From: Dehalococcoidia bacterium
Lineage (GTDB): Bacteria; Chloroflexota; Dehalococcoidia; UBA2979
Reading direction: 5' to 3'
DNA length: 64,000 nt
NCBI GenBank assembly: GCA_963667465.2
Contig: CAXXDN010000002.1
Span: 672,001 to 736,000, forward strand
Shown here: positions 28,801 through 38,118 of the stretch, one piece after another
Numbering within the stretch: position 1 is the first letter of the stretch
Layout of the letters: every line of letters starts with the position of its first letter
Notes under the pieces: generated by a model
Database searches by the model: none
Told to the model about the DNA's origin: nothing
The model's input: the letters and a program-made list of their open reading frames with translations, nothing else
Position numbers and translations under genes: made by a program

Positions 28801-30032
28801 TGCGTCTGCCCGGCGCCGCGATCCTCAAGCCGTCGATCCGGCTGCGCCTGACGCTCTGGTACGGCGGGCTGTTCCTGCTCGCGGGCTCGGTGCTGCTGGC
28901 GCTCAACTTCGCGCTCGTCGCCCGCAACTTCCCCGCCGACGGCGCCGACTTGCGCGAGAACGTCGAGCGCCGCTTTGACCTGGAGCCGGGCGAGCTGCGG
29001 GGCGAGTTCTTCTTTGTGGTTGAGCGCCCGTCAACGCCAACGCGTCCCGTCGCCCCGAGGCGAGGCGTCGCGGCGACCCCGCTCTTCAACAGCGTGATCT
29101 CGCACATCAAGACCGACACGCTCCAGCAAATCGTCTGGCAATCGGGTGTCGCGCTCGGGCTGATGGCCGTGCTCTCGATTGGCCTCGGCTGGTTTGTCGC
29201 CGGGCGGATGCTGCGTCCGGTCGAAGAGATCGCCGCCACGGCCCGCCGGATCAGCGAGGCAAGCCTCGAGGAGCGGATCGCCCTCGGCGGGCCGTCCGAC
29301 GAACTCAAGGACCTCGCCGACCAGTTCGACGCGATGCTCGATCGCCTGCAGACCGCCTTCGAGGCGCAACGCGAGTTCGTCGCCAACGCCTCGCACGAGC
29401 TGCGCACTCCGCTCACGATCATCCGCACCGAGATCGACGTCACCCTCGAGGATCCGAACGCTGGACGCGAACAGCTCGCAAGCACCGCTGCCGTCGTCCG
29501 CCGCGCGATCGACCGTACCGAGGGCCTGATCGATCGCCTGCTGGTCCTCGCACGCGCCGAGGAGCCGCTGCAGCGCGGCGAGGAGAGCGACCTCGCCGAA
29601 GCCGTCCGCCGTACCCTCGACGCGCGCGAGGACGAGATCGGCGCGCTGGGGCTGCGTGCCACGCTCGACCTCGGCGAGGCAACCGTCGAGGGCGACCCGA
29701 TGCTGCTCGACCGGCTCGCCGGCAACCTCGTCGACAACGCCGTCGAGCACAACGCGCGCGACGGCTGGATCGAGATCACCAGCGGCCAGGACGAGCAGAC
29801 GGCGACGCTGCGCGTCGCGAACGGCGGGCGGCTCATCCCCGAGGACGAGGCGCCCCGTCTCTTCGAGCGCTTCGCGCGGCTGGAGGGCTCCCGCACGCGC
29901 GGCCGGGGCGGCTACGGCCTCGGACTCTCGATCGTGCGCGCGATCGTGCGCGCCCACCGCGGCGAGGTGACGGCGCGTGCGCTGCCCGAGGGCGGCCTCG
30001 CCGTCGAGGTCTCGCTGCCGCGCCGGCGGTAA
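28800..30032 (+). CDS. Sensor histidine kinase (2 TM, HAMP, HisKA, HATPase)
   Basis: SHELRTPL, NLVDNA, FERF, GYGLGLSIV. Confidence 0.95.
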   Translation: MRLPGAAILKPSIRLRLTLWYGGLFLLAGSVLLALNFALVARNFPADGADLRENVERRFDLEPGELRGEFFFVVERPSTPTRPVAPRRGVAATPLFNSVISHIKTDTLQQIVWQSGVALGLMAVLSIGLGWFVAGRMLRPVEEIAATARRISEASLEERIALGGPSDELKDLADQFDAMLDRLQTAFEAQREFVANASHELRTPLTIIRTEIDVTLEDPNAGREQLASTAAVVRRAIDRTEGLIDRLLVLARAEEPLQRGEESDLAEAVRRTLDAREDEIGALGLRATLDLGEATVEGDPMLLDRLAGNLVDNAVEHNARDGWIEITSGQDEQTATLRVANGGRLIPEDEAPRLFERFARLEGSRTRGRGGYGLGLSIVRAIVRAHRGEVTARALPEGGLAVEVSLPRRR

Positions 30033-30058
30033 CGCGCGGCGCGTAGCGGCGCCGGTGT

Positions 30059-30475
30059 TCAGCGCTCCATCAGCACCGCGCCTCGCTCGAGCACGCGGTC
30101 GAGGTCGATGACCACGGCGATGCCCAGTCGGTCCGGGTCGCGGTCGCGCTCAAGCTTGTGCGAGCCCTCGTAGATCGCGTCGCGTACGCCCGGGTCGTCG
30201 ACCACGCGTGCGCGGCCGAGGAACTGCCACAGCTGGCGTTGAGCCGGGTTGCGGTAGAGGAAGGCGACGTGCGGGTTGGCCGCGATCCGGCGCAGGAAGC
30301 CGCTGCCCGGGTTCCGCACCCAGATCGCGAGTTGATCATCGGCATGCACCTGCGTGCTGCCGTAGAAGGAGAGGCTCGGTTGCCCGGCGCCGTCGACGCT
30401 GCTCGAGATGACCGGGCATCCGTCGTCGAGCGCGCGCTCGATGGCGAGCCGCAGCTCATCGCTGAGCACGATCAT
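30059..30475 (-). CDS. Pyridoxamine 5'-phosphate oxidase-like split-barrel protein
   Basis: SVDGAGQPSLSFYGS, IAANPHVAFLY, QFLGRARV; GAGGTG SD before ATG 30475. Confidence 0.75.
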   Translation of the reverse strand: MIVLSDELRLAIERALDDGCPVISSSVDGAGQPSLSFYGSTQVHADDQLAIWVRNPGSGFLRRIAANPHVAFLYRNPAQRQLWQFLGRARVVDDPGVRDAIYEGSHKLERDRDPDRLGIAVVIDLDRVLERGAVLMER

Positions 30476-30578
30476 GGAAGCACCTCGTTTCGGCGGGCCT
30501 GAAGGTCGAACGCCGGTGGCGCGGTAGTCTAGGACAATCTGGCGCGGATGGGACGCCCCCCTCGGGAAGGAGCCCTTG

Positions 30579-32075
30579 ATGAGCGCACGCGGCGACTGGC
30601 GGACGGGACTCCCGCCCGAGGCTGGCGCACAGGCCGACCTGCCTCCCGTCACCGCTGTGCGCCTCGATTCCCGCGAGGTGCAGCCCGGCGATCTCTTCGT
30701 CTGCATCCCCGGCCAGCGCTTCGACGGCCACGACTTCGCCGCGGCCGCCGCTGCGGCGGGCGCCGCCGCGCTCGTCGTCGAGCAGGGCCGCGAGGCAGCC
30801 GTCGCAGGGCTCGGCGTGCCGCTGGCCGTCGTGCGGGACGCGCGCCGCGCGCTCTCCTCGATCGCCGCGGCGCACGAGGGCGGCCCCTCGCAGCGCCTCA
30901 CCGTCGTCGGCGTGACCGGCACCAATGGCAAGACCACGACCTCCCTGCTGATCCACTCGGCCCTCGAGGCTGCCGGCGAGACGGCGGGCCTGATCAACAC
31001 CGTCGAGACGCGAATCGGCCTGCGCCAGTGGCTGAACGACAGTCGCATGAGCACGCCGGAAGCGACCGAGATCCAGCGCCTGCTCGCCGAGATGGTCGAG
31101 GCCGGCTGCGAATACGCCGTCGTCGAGGCCACCTCGCACGGCCTCGCCCTCGACCGCCTCGCGGATGTCGCCTTCGACGTCGGCGTGCTCACCCAGCTGG
31201 GCGAGGACCACCTCGACTTCCACGGCAGCGTCGAGGCCTACCGCGCCGCGAAGCTGCGTCTCTTCGAGGGCCTCTCGCGCGGCGCGGTCCTCAACGCCGA
31301 CGACCCGGAGTACGCACGCTTCGCCGAGGCAAGCAGTGCACCCGTGCTCAGCTATGCCCTCGATGCGGCGTCGGCCGATCTGACCGCACGCCGGATCGAC
31401 AACGTCGGCGACGGCTCGACGTTCGAGCTGGTGACGCCGGAGGTCGCGCTGCACGCGCAGGTGCGCTTGCCCGGCCGCTTCAACGTGGCCAACGCGCTCG
31501 CCGCGTTCGGCGCGGTGATCGCGCTCGACCTCGATCCGTACATGGCGAGTGTCGGCATCTCGCAGACGCCGGGCGTGCCCGGGCGGCTGCAGCGCGTCCT
31601 GACCTCGCCGATCGGTGTCGTGGTGGACTACGCGCACACCGGCGACGCGCTCGCGAACGTCCTCGAGTTGCTGCGCTCGCTCACCGACGGACGCCTCATC
31701 GCCGTCTTCGGTGCGGCGGGCGAACGCCCGCACGAGCGACGTACCGGCATGGCCGAGGCAGCCGCGCGCCACGCCGACTACGCCGTGCTCACCGAGGAGG
31801 ACTCCCGCTCCGAGCCGACCGACGAGATCATCGGTCAGATCGCGCGGACGATGACCGCTGCCGGTGCGGAGGAAGGGCGGCGATTCGAGCGCGAACCGGA
31901 CCGTGCCGCCGCGATCGCGCGGGCGATCGCCCTGGCCGAGCAGGGCGACGTGGTGCTGATCGCGGGCAAGGGCCACGAGCCGACGATCGAGCGCGCCGAC
32001 GGCTCGCACCCGTGGGACGACGCCGAGGCCGCGCGCGCGGCCCTGCGCGAGCGCTTTGCCGAGCCCGACGATTGA
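30579..32075 (+). CDS. murE: UDP-MurNAc-dipeptide:diamino acid ligase
   Basis: DSREVQPGDLF, DGHDF, GVTGTNGKTTT, EATSHGL, DHLDFH, PGRL, DYAHT, AGKGHE. Confidence 0.9.
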   Translation: MSARGDWRTGLPPEAGAQADLPPVTAVRLDSREVQPGDLFVCIPGQRFDGHDFAAAAAAAGAAALVVEQGREAAVAGLGVPLAVVRDARRALSSIAAAHEGGPSQRLTVVGVTGTNGKTTTSLLIHSALEAAGETAGLINTVETRIGLRQWLNDSRMSTPEATEIQRLLAEMVEAGCEYAVVEATSHGLALDRLADVAFDVGVLTQLGEDHLDFHGSVEAYRAAKLRLFEGLSRGAVLNADDPEYARFAEASSAPVLSYALDAASADLTARRIDNVGDGSTFELVTPEVALHAQVRLPGRFNVANALAAFGAVIALDLDPYMASVGISQTPGVPGRLQRVLTSPIGVVVDYAHTGDALANVLELLRSLTDGRLIAVFGAAGERPHERRTGMAEAAARHADYAVLTEEDSRSEPTDEIIGQIARTMTAAGAEEGRRFEREPDRAAAIARAIALAEQGDVVLIAGKGHEPTIERADGSHPWDDAEAARAALRERFAEPDD

Positions 32076-32135
32076 CCATAGGCTGACTCCGGCTCGCGGG
32101 AGCACCCGCACCGCTGCGCGAAGGGAACGTACGCG

Positions 32136-33503
32136 ATGACCACAGGAGCGCGAAGCCTCGATGACCAGGCGATCGCCGGCCTCGAGGCGACCGACCTCGC
32201 ACACCTGCTTCACCCGCAGTACTACGCACCGGACCACACGCACCCGGTGATCTTCGACCACGGCGAGGGTGTGTGGCTCACCGACGTGCGCGGTCGCCGC
32301 TACATCGATGGGCTCGCCTCGCTCTGGAACGTCGCCGTCGGCCACGGCCGCGCCGAACTGGCCGATGTGGCCGCCGAGCAGATGCGCAAGGCCGCCTTCA
32401 CAAACAACTACACGGGCTACTCGAACGTCCCCGCCATCGAGCTGGCGGCGAAGCTGACCGGCGGCCTCGCCTACGACAACCTGCAGGGCGTGTTCTTCAC
32501 CAACTCGGGCTCCGAGGCGAACGAGGGCGCCGCGAAGACGGCGCGCTTCTACTGGAACCTGCGCGGCCGGCCAGACAAGGTGAAGATCATCGCCCGCCCT
32601 CGCTCCTACCACGGCGGCACGCTGCTCACGACGGCGATGACCGGCTTGCCCCCGTTCTGGAAGTACTTCGGCCCGCTCCCCGCCGAGGTCGTCCATACGG
32701 CCGAGACCGAGGAGCCCTGCGAGTGCATGCCGAACGCCGATGGCGAGTGCGCCTGCTGGCTCGATGCGGTGATCGAGCGTGAGGGCGCCGAGACGATCGC
32801 GGCGCTCATCGCCGAGCCGGTCAAGGGCGCCGGCGGCGTCTGGACGCCGTCCGACGACTATTTCGCGCAGGTGCGCGAGATCTGCGACCGCAACGAGATC
32901 CTGTTCATCGCCGACGAGGTGATCACCGGCTACGGACGCACGGGCCACTGGTTCGCCCTCGATCGCTGGAATGTGCAGCCGGACATCATGACGATGTCGA
33001 AGGCGATCACTTCGGGCTACGTCCCGCTCGGCGGCTTCCTCGTGAGCGGCGAGGTCATGGACGCGCTGCAGGACCTGCCGCCGGATGCGCGCTTCATGCA
33101 CGCCTACACCAACAGCGCCCACCCGACGGCCTGCGCGGTCGCGCTGCGCAACCTGCAGATCATGGAGGACGAGCACCTGGTAGAGCACGCCGCCGCAATG
33201 GGCGAGCGCCTCGGCGCGGGTCTGGCCGCGGAGCTAGGCGACCACCCGCACGTCGACAACATCCGCCGCCTCGGCCTGATGGCCGGGCTCTCGCTGGTGC
33301 GCGACCGCGCCAGCGGCGAGCGCTTCGACCCGGGTGAGGGCACGGGCGGCCGCGTCGCGCGCCACATGCGCGAGGAGGGCAGTGTCATCACCCGCTTCGT
33401 CGTCGACGAGATCGTGATGGCCCCGCCGCTTGTCGTGCAGCCCGAGGAGATCGACCACATCGTCGCGGCCGTCGGTGCTGCCGTGCGCGCCGTGACGCAG
33501 TAG
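32136..33503 (+). CDS. Class III PLP aminotransferase (omega-amine type)
   Basis: SGSEANE, YHGGT, IAEPV, ADEVITGYGRTG, SKAITSGYVPLG. Confidence 0.93.
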   Translation: MTTGARSLDDQAIAGLEATDLAHLLHPQYYAPDHTHPVIFDHGEGVWLTDVRGRRYIDGLASLWNVAVGHGRAELADVAAEQMRKAAFTNNYTGYSNVPAIELAAKLTGGLAYDNLQGVFFTNSGSEANEGAAKTARFYWNLRGRPDKVKIIARPRSYHGGTLLTTAMTGLPPFWKYFGPLPAEVVHTAETEEPCECMPNADGECACWLDAVIEREGAETIAALIAEPVKGAGGVWTPSDDYFAQVREICDRNEILFIADEVITGYGRTGHWFALDRWNVQPDIMTMSKAITSGYVPLGGFLVSGEVMDALQDLPPDARFMHAYTNSAHPTACAVALRNLQIMEDEHLVEHAAAMGERLGAGLAAELGDHPHVDNIRRLGLMAGLSLVRDRASGERFDPGEGTGGRVARHMREEGSVITRFVVDEIVMAPPLVVQPEEIDHIVAAVGAAVRAVTQ

Positions 33504-33535
33504 CGGGACGGGCGATCGGGTCGCGGACCTCGGCG

Positions 33536-33952
33536 CTACCGACGCCGCGCCCGCGCGATGGCCTCGCGCACCGAAACGGCGACATCCGGAGCGCCTGCGA
33601 GGATCTCGCCATCCAGGGTCGCCAGCGTCACGCCGAGCGTGCGGGCCAGAACGACGAACTCCGCGTCGTAGGCAGAGAGCCCACACCCCAGCGCCGTGTC
33701 GATCACCCTGGCAGGTACGACGCTTGTGACGCGATCACCCAGCGCCAGCTCGGCTGAGTCGTACCGGGCTTTGGCCTGCGCTGCGTCCATGTCGCCGCGG
33801 CGTACGAACCCGAGCAGCACATTGCGCAGCTCACTCAAGGCGATCGTGGGTGCTGCCCATTCGGGGTCTCGTTCAAGCAGCAGGGCGGCGTCTGTATCGA
33901 CGTCCGCGACCACGAATAGCCGTACGAGTACGTTCGTGTCTACGACGATCAA
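33536..33952 (-). CDS. vapC: VapC PIN-domain toxin
   Basis: IVVDTNVL, SELRNVL, LSAYDAEFVVLA, TLD. Confidence 0.9.
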   Translation of the reverse strand: MIVVDTNVLVRLFVVADVDTDAALLLERDPEWAAPTIALSELRNVLLGFVRRGDMDAAQAKARYDSAELALGDRVTSVVPARVIDTALGCGLSAYDAEFVVLARTLGVTLATLDGEILAGAPDVAVSVREAIARARRR

Positions 33953-34191
33953 GGACGACCCGCGTCCCGCATCTCGCGGATGGTCTCGTCGCTCACGTCG
34001 ATGGGCCCAAGGGCCTCACGCTGCCGCCGGATTCGCTCAAGGAGTTCGGCCGTGTCGACCGTGTTGCCGCGAAGCGATGCCGTCAGCCTCTCCAGGATCT
34101 CCCCGTTCAGGCTACGGTGGTTGCGGCTCGCGGCCGACTTGAGCTCCCGGTGCACGTCCTCCGGAAGGCCGCGCAGCGCTACGTCCGGCAC
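33949..34191 (-). CDS. Ribbon-helix-helix (Arc/FitA-like) antitoxin
   Basis: LRGLPEDVHRELK..A..NHRSLNGEI...L; 4-nt overlap with vapC; GAGGAGG SD. Confidence 0.9.
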   Translation of the reverse strand: MPDVALRGLPEDVHRELKSAASRNHRSLNGEILERLTASLRGNTVDTAELLERIRRQREALGPIDVSDETIREMRDAGRP

Positions 34192-34211
34192 GTGAGCCTC
34201 CTCATTGCGCT

Positions 34212-34241
34212 CGATGTCAGAATGATATCACAATGATGTCG
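34212..34241. promoter_or_regulatory. Probable antitoxin operator overlapping the -10
   Basis: CGATGTCA, TGATATCA (palindrome), TGATGTCG at 11-bp spacing; minus-strand TATCAT inside. Confidence 0.6.
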
Positions 34242-34267
34242 CGCAACCGGCGACAGCCCAGGGCCCG

Positions 34268-34537
34268 CTACCCTGCCGCAGCTGCCTCCGTGACCTCGAG
34301 GGCGAAGTCCTCGATGACCGGGTTGGCGAGCAGGCGCTCGCACATCTCGCGGGCCGCTGCCTCGGCGGCGCCGGCGTCGGCAGCCTCGAGGGTGACCTCG
34401 ATGCGTTTGCCAACGCGGACCTCGCGCACGCTGTCGAAGCCGAGGTTGCGCAGGCCGTCGGCGACGGCGAGGCCCTGCGGGTCGTTGACCAGCGGCTTCA
34501 GCATCACGTCGATGCGCGCGATGTAGGACTGCGTCAC
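34268..34537 (-). CDS. purS: FGAM synthase subunit PurS
   Basis: LKP.VNDPQG, VRVGK, MCERLLANPVIE. Confidence 0.96.
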   Translation of the reverse strand: MTQSYIARIDVMLKPLVNDPQGLAVADGLRNLGFDSVREVRVGKRIEVTLEAADAGAAEAAAREMCERLLANPVIEDFALEVTEAAAAG

Positions 34538-35439
34538 GCGGTCGTCCCCGGTAGCGGCTCCCCGGTGATCAGCCGGTAGGCCTCGGTGTAGCGCTCGGAG
34601 CTGGCCGCGACGACCTCGGGTGGCAGTTCTGGTGCGGGCGGCTCGCGGTTCCAGCCGGCGTTGGTCAGCCAGTCACGCACGTACTGCTTGTCGAACGAGG
34701 GCTGGTCGCGGCCCGGCTGGTACTGGTCGGCCGGCCAGAAGCGCGAGGAGTCCGGGGTCAGAACCTCGTCGATCAGCGTGATCTCGCCGTCGAGCAAGCC
34801 GAACTCGAACTTCGTGTCCGCGATGATCACGCCGCGCTCGCGCGCGGCGCCCGCGGCGTAGCCGTAGAGCGCCAGCGAGCGGAGCTTCAGCACGTTGGCC
34901 GTGTCCGGGCCGACGAACTCCTCGACCTCCTCGTAGGTCATCGGCATGTCGTGACCCTCGGCGGCCTTGGTCGTGGGGGTGAAGAGCGGGTCGACGAGTT
35001 GCTGTGCCTCCTGCAGCCCCTCCGGCAGCTCGATGCCGCAGACGGAGCCGGAGCGCTGGTACTCGGCCCAGCCGGAGCCCACGAGGTAGCCGCGCACGAC
35101 GCACTCGACGAGGATCGGCTCGGCCTTGCGCACCACCATCGAGCGCCCGACCAGCCTCGGGTCGTCGGGTGCGCCGTAGGCCGCCGCAGCGCCCGCCTCG
35201 AGGACCGCCACCATGTGGTTGGGCACCACGCTGGCGGTGCGGTCGAACCAGTGCGAGGAGAGCCGCGTCAGCACCTCGCCCTTGTGCGGGATGCCGTTCG
35301 GCATCACCACGTCGTAGGCGGAGATGCGATCGGTGGCAACCATCAGCAGGCGGTCGTCCGGGAGATCGTAGAGCTCGCGCACCTTGCCTTCGTGCACCTT
35401 GCCCGCCAGGTCCGTCCCGAGCAGTGGAGCCGTTGCCAT
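34534..35439 (-). CDS. purC: SAICAR synthetase
   Basis: GKVRELY, TDRISAYD, ECVVRGYL, DTKFEFG, DEVLTPDSSRFW, FDKQ. Confidence 0.97.
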   Translation of the reverse strand: MATAPLLGTDLAGKVHEGKVRELYDLPDDRLLMVATDRISAYDVVMPNGIPHKGEVLTRLSSHWFDRTASVVPNHMVAVLEAGAAAAYGAPDDPRLVGRSMVVRKAEPILVECVVRGYLVGSGWAEYQRSGSVCGIELPEGLQEAQQLVDPLFTPTTKAAEGHDMPMTYEEVEEFVGPDTANVLKLRSLALYGYAAGAARERGVIIADTKFEFGLLDGEITLIDEVLTPDSSRFWPADQYQPGRDQPSFDKQYVRDWLTNAGWNREPPAPELPPEVVAASSERYTEAYRLITGEPLPGTTA

Positions 35440-35463
35440 TCGTTACTCCGTTCCTGGTCGCGT

Positions 35464-36759
<1,296 letters not shown>

Positions 36760-36786
36760 GGGGCGGCTCCGCGACCGGATACGGGA

Positions 36787-37125
36787 TCAGTCATCGGCAA
36801 AATCCTCGCGTACGGGCGAGAAGACCTCGATCAGCGTGGCGTCCTCGAGGGCCACGACGTGGTGCGGTACATCGCCGGGGATGAGGTACGAGGAGCCGGG
36901 GCCGAGCTCGGACTCGACGGGTCCGATGCGGAAGCGGACGCGGCCCGCGGCGACGTGCCCGGCCTGCTCGTGCGGGTGCGTGTGCTCCGGCACCTCGGCG
37001 TCCGGCTCGAGCTGGATCTCGACGAAGGTGAGGCGGTCGCCGGAGACAAGCGTGCGGCGTGTCACGCCGGGAAACTGCGCTACGGGGTTGAGGTTCTCGT
37101 ACCCGCGGATCCGGATCTCGCTCAT
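36787..37125 (-). CDS. Cupin domain protein
   Basis: PEHTHPHEQ...IPGDVPH, EVFSPVREDF; GGGAG SD. Confidence 0.88.
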   Translation of the reverse strand: MSEIRIRGYENLNPVAQFPGVTRRTLVSGDRLTFVEIQLEPDAEVPEHTHPHEQAGHVAAGRVRFRIGPVESELGPGSSYLIPGDVPHHVVALEDATLIEVFSPVREDFADD

Positions 37126-37150
37126 CGCGCTGCTCCCGCCTCGCTTGCGG

Positions 37151-37618
37151 CTAGCGCCGCGCCTGCTCCTCACGATACGACGCCAGCGCCGTTGCGATCT
37201 CCGGGTGCGAGAGCGCGAGGATGCGCGCGGCGTAGACAGCGGCGTTGCGCGCTCCCCAACTGCCGATACTCATCGCCGCCACCGGCACCCCGGGCGGCAT
37301 CTGCGCGATCGCGTAGAGCGCGTCCACGCCGTTCAGCGGGGACGACGCGATCGGCACGCCGATCACGGGCAGCGGGCTGTAGGCCGCGGCCACGCCGGGC
37401 AGCGCCGCTGCTCCGCCCGCGGCCGCGATGAGCACCTCGAAGCCCGCGCCGGCGGCGCCGAGGCAGAACTCGCGAACCGCGTCGGGAGTGCGGTGCGCCG
37501 ACATCACATGTTGTTCGTAGGGGATGCCGAGGCGTTCCAGTAACTGGCCGCAGCCCGCCATCTCGTCCTCGTCCGAGGCCGATCCCATCACGATCGCGAC
37601 CAGTGCGCCGTCAGCCAT
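37151..37618 (-). CDS. purE: PurE (N5-CAIR mutase / AIR carboxylase)
   Basis: MGSASD, SAHRTP, LPVIGVP, QMPPGVPVA; alternative start 37633. Confidence 0.95.
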   Translation of the reverse strand: MADGALVAIVMGSASDEDEMAGCGQLLERLGIPYEQHVMSAHRTPDAVREFCLGAAGAGFEVLIAAAGGAAALPGVAAAYSPLPVIGVPIASSPLNGVDALYAIAQMPPGVPVAAMSIGSWGARNAAVYAARILALSHPEIATALASYREEQARR

Positions 37619-37680
37619 CAGTCCATCCCCCATCCGCGGCTCTTGTCTGCCGCTCCTGTCTTCAGCCTCTCACGCTCGCC

Positions 37681-38118
37681 TCAGGCCGGCCGCATCGAGC
37701 CGCCGCCGAGGATCGGGTCCGGTCCGGCGATCAGCTGCGCGAGTTCGCGGCTCGCGGCCGAGCGCTCGTGGCGGTCGCCGAAGGCTGCCCCGCGCCGGCC
37801 GCCAGCCTCGATCACCACGTGCAGCCGCTGCCGCACGATCCCGGCGAGCGGCTCCAGTTTGGCGGCGCGAAGGCGGCGGCGGACCTCCTCGTCGCTCGCG
37901 CGCACGTTGCGGATTACGAACTCGCGATCGCCGTCGAGGCCATAGATCACCGCCTCGACCATGGCCGCCTCGCTCTCGCCCTCCTCAGGCCAGATCGCGA
38001 CGAAATGGATGCACGGTTCGCTCGTGCGTGTGCCCGTCGTGGACCAGAACTCGGACTCGAGGGCGCGGCGACACTCGGGCATCGGACAGCGCAGCGGGCT
38101 CGGGTCGCGCGTCGTCAT
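37681..38118 (-). CDS. Hypothetical protein with CPMPEC...CIH motif
   Basis: ATG overlaps purD stop (ATGA); fills the purD-purE gap; protein-like composition from this ATG onward. Confidence 0.65.
   Translation of the reverse strand: MTTRDPSPLRCPMPECRRALESEFWSTTGTRTSEPCIHFVAIWPEEGESEAAMVEAVIYGLDGDREFVIRNVRASDEEVRRRLRAAKLEPLAGIVRQRLHVVIEAGGRRGAAFGDRHERSAASRELAQLIAGPDPILGGGSMRPA

Noticed and set aside
30456-33188. 910-aa antisense ORF, and similar long ones (47015-49327, 39031-41217, 14049-16040, 7558-9468)
   Set aside because: Shadow frames of well-supported genes; stop codons are scarce at this GC, and the translations are Arg/Ala/Gly-rich with no motifs
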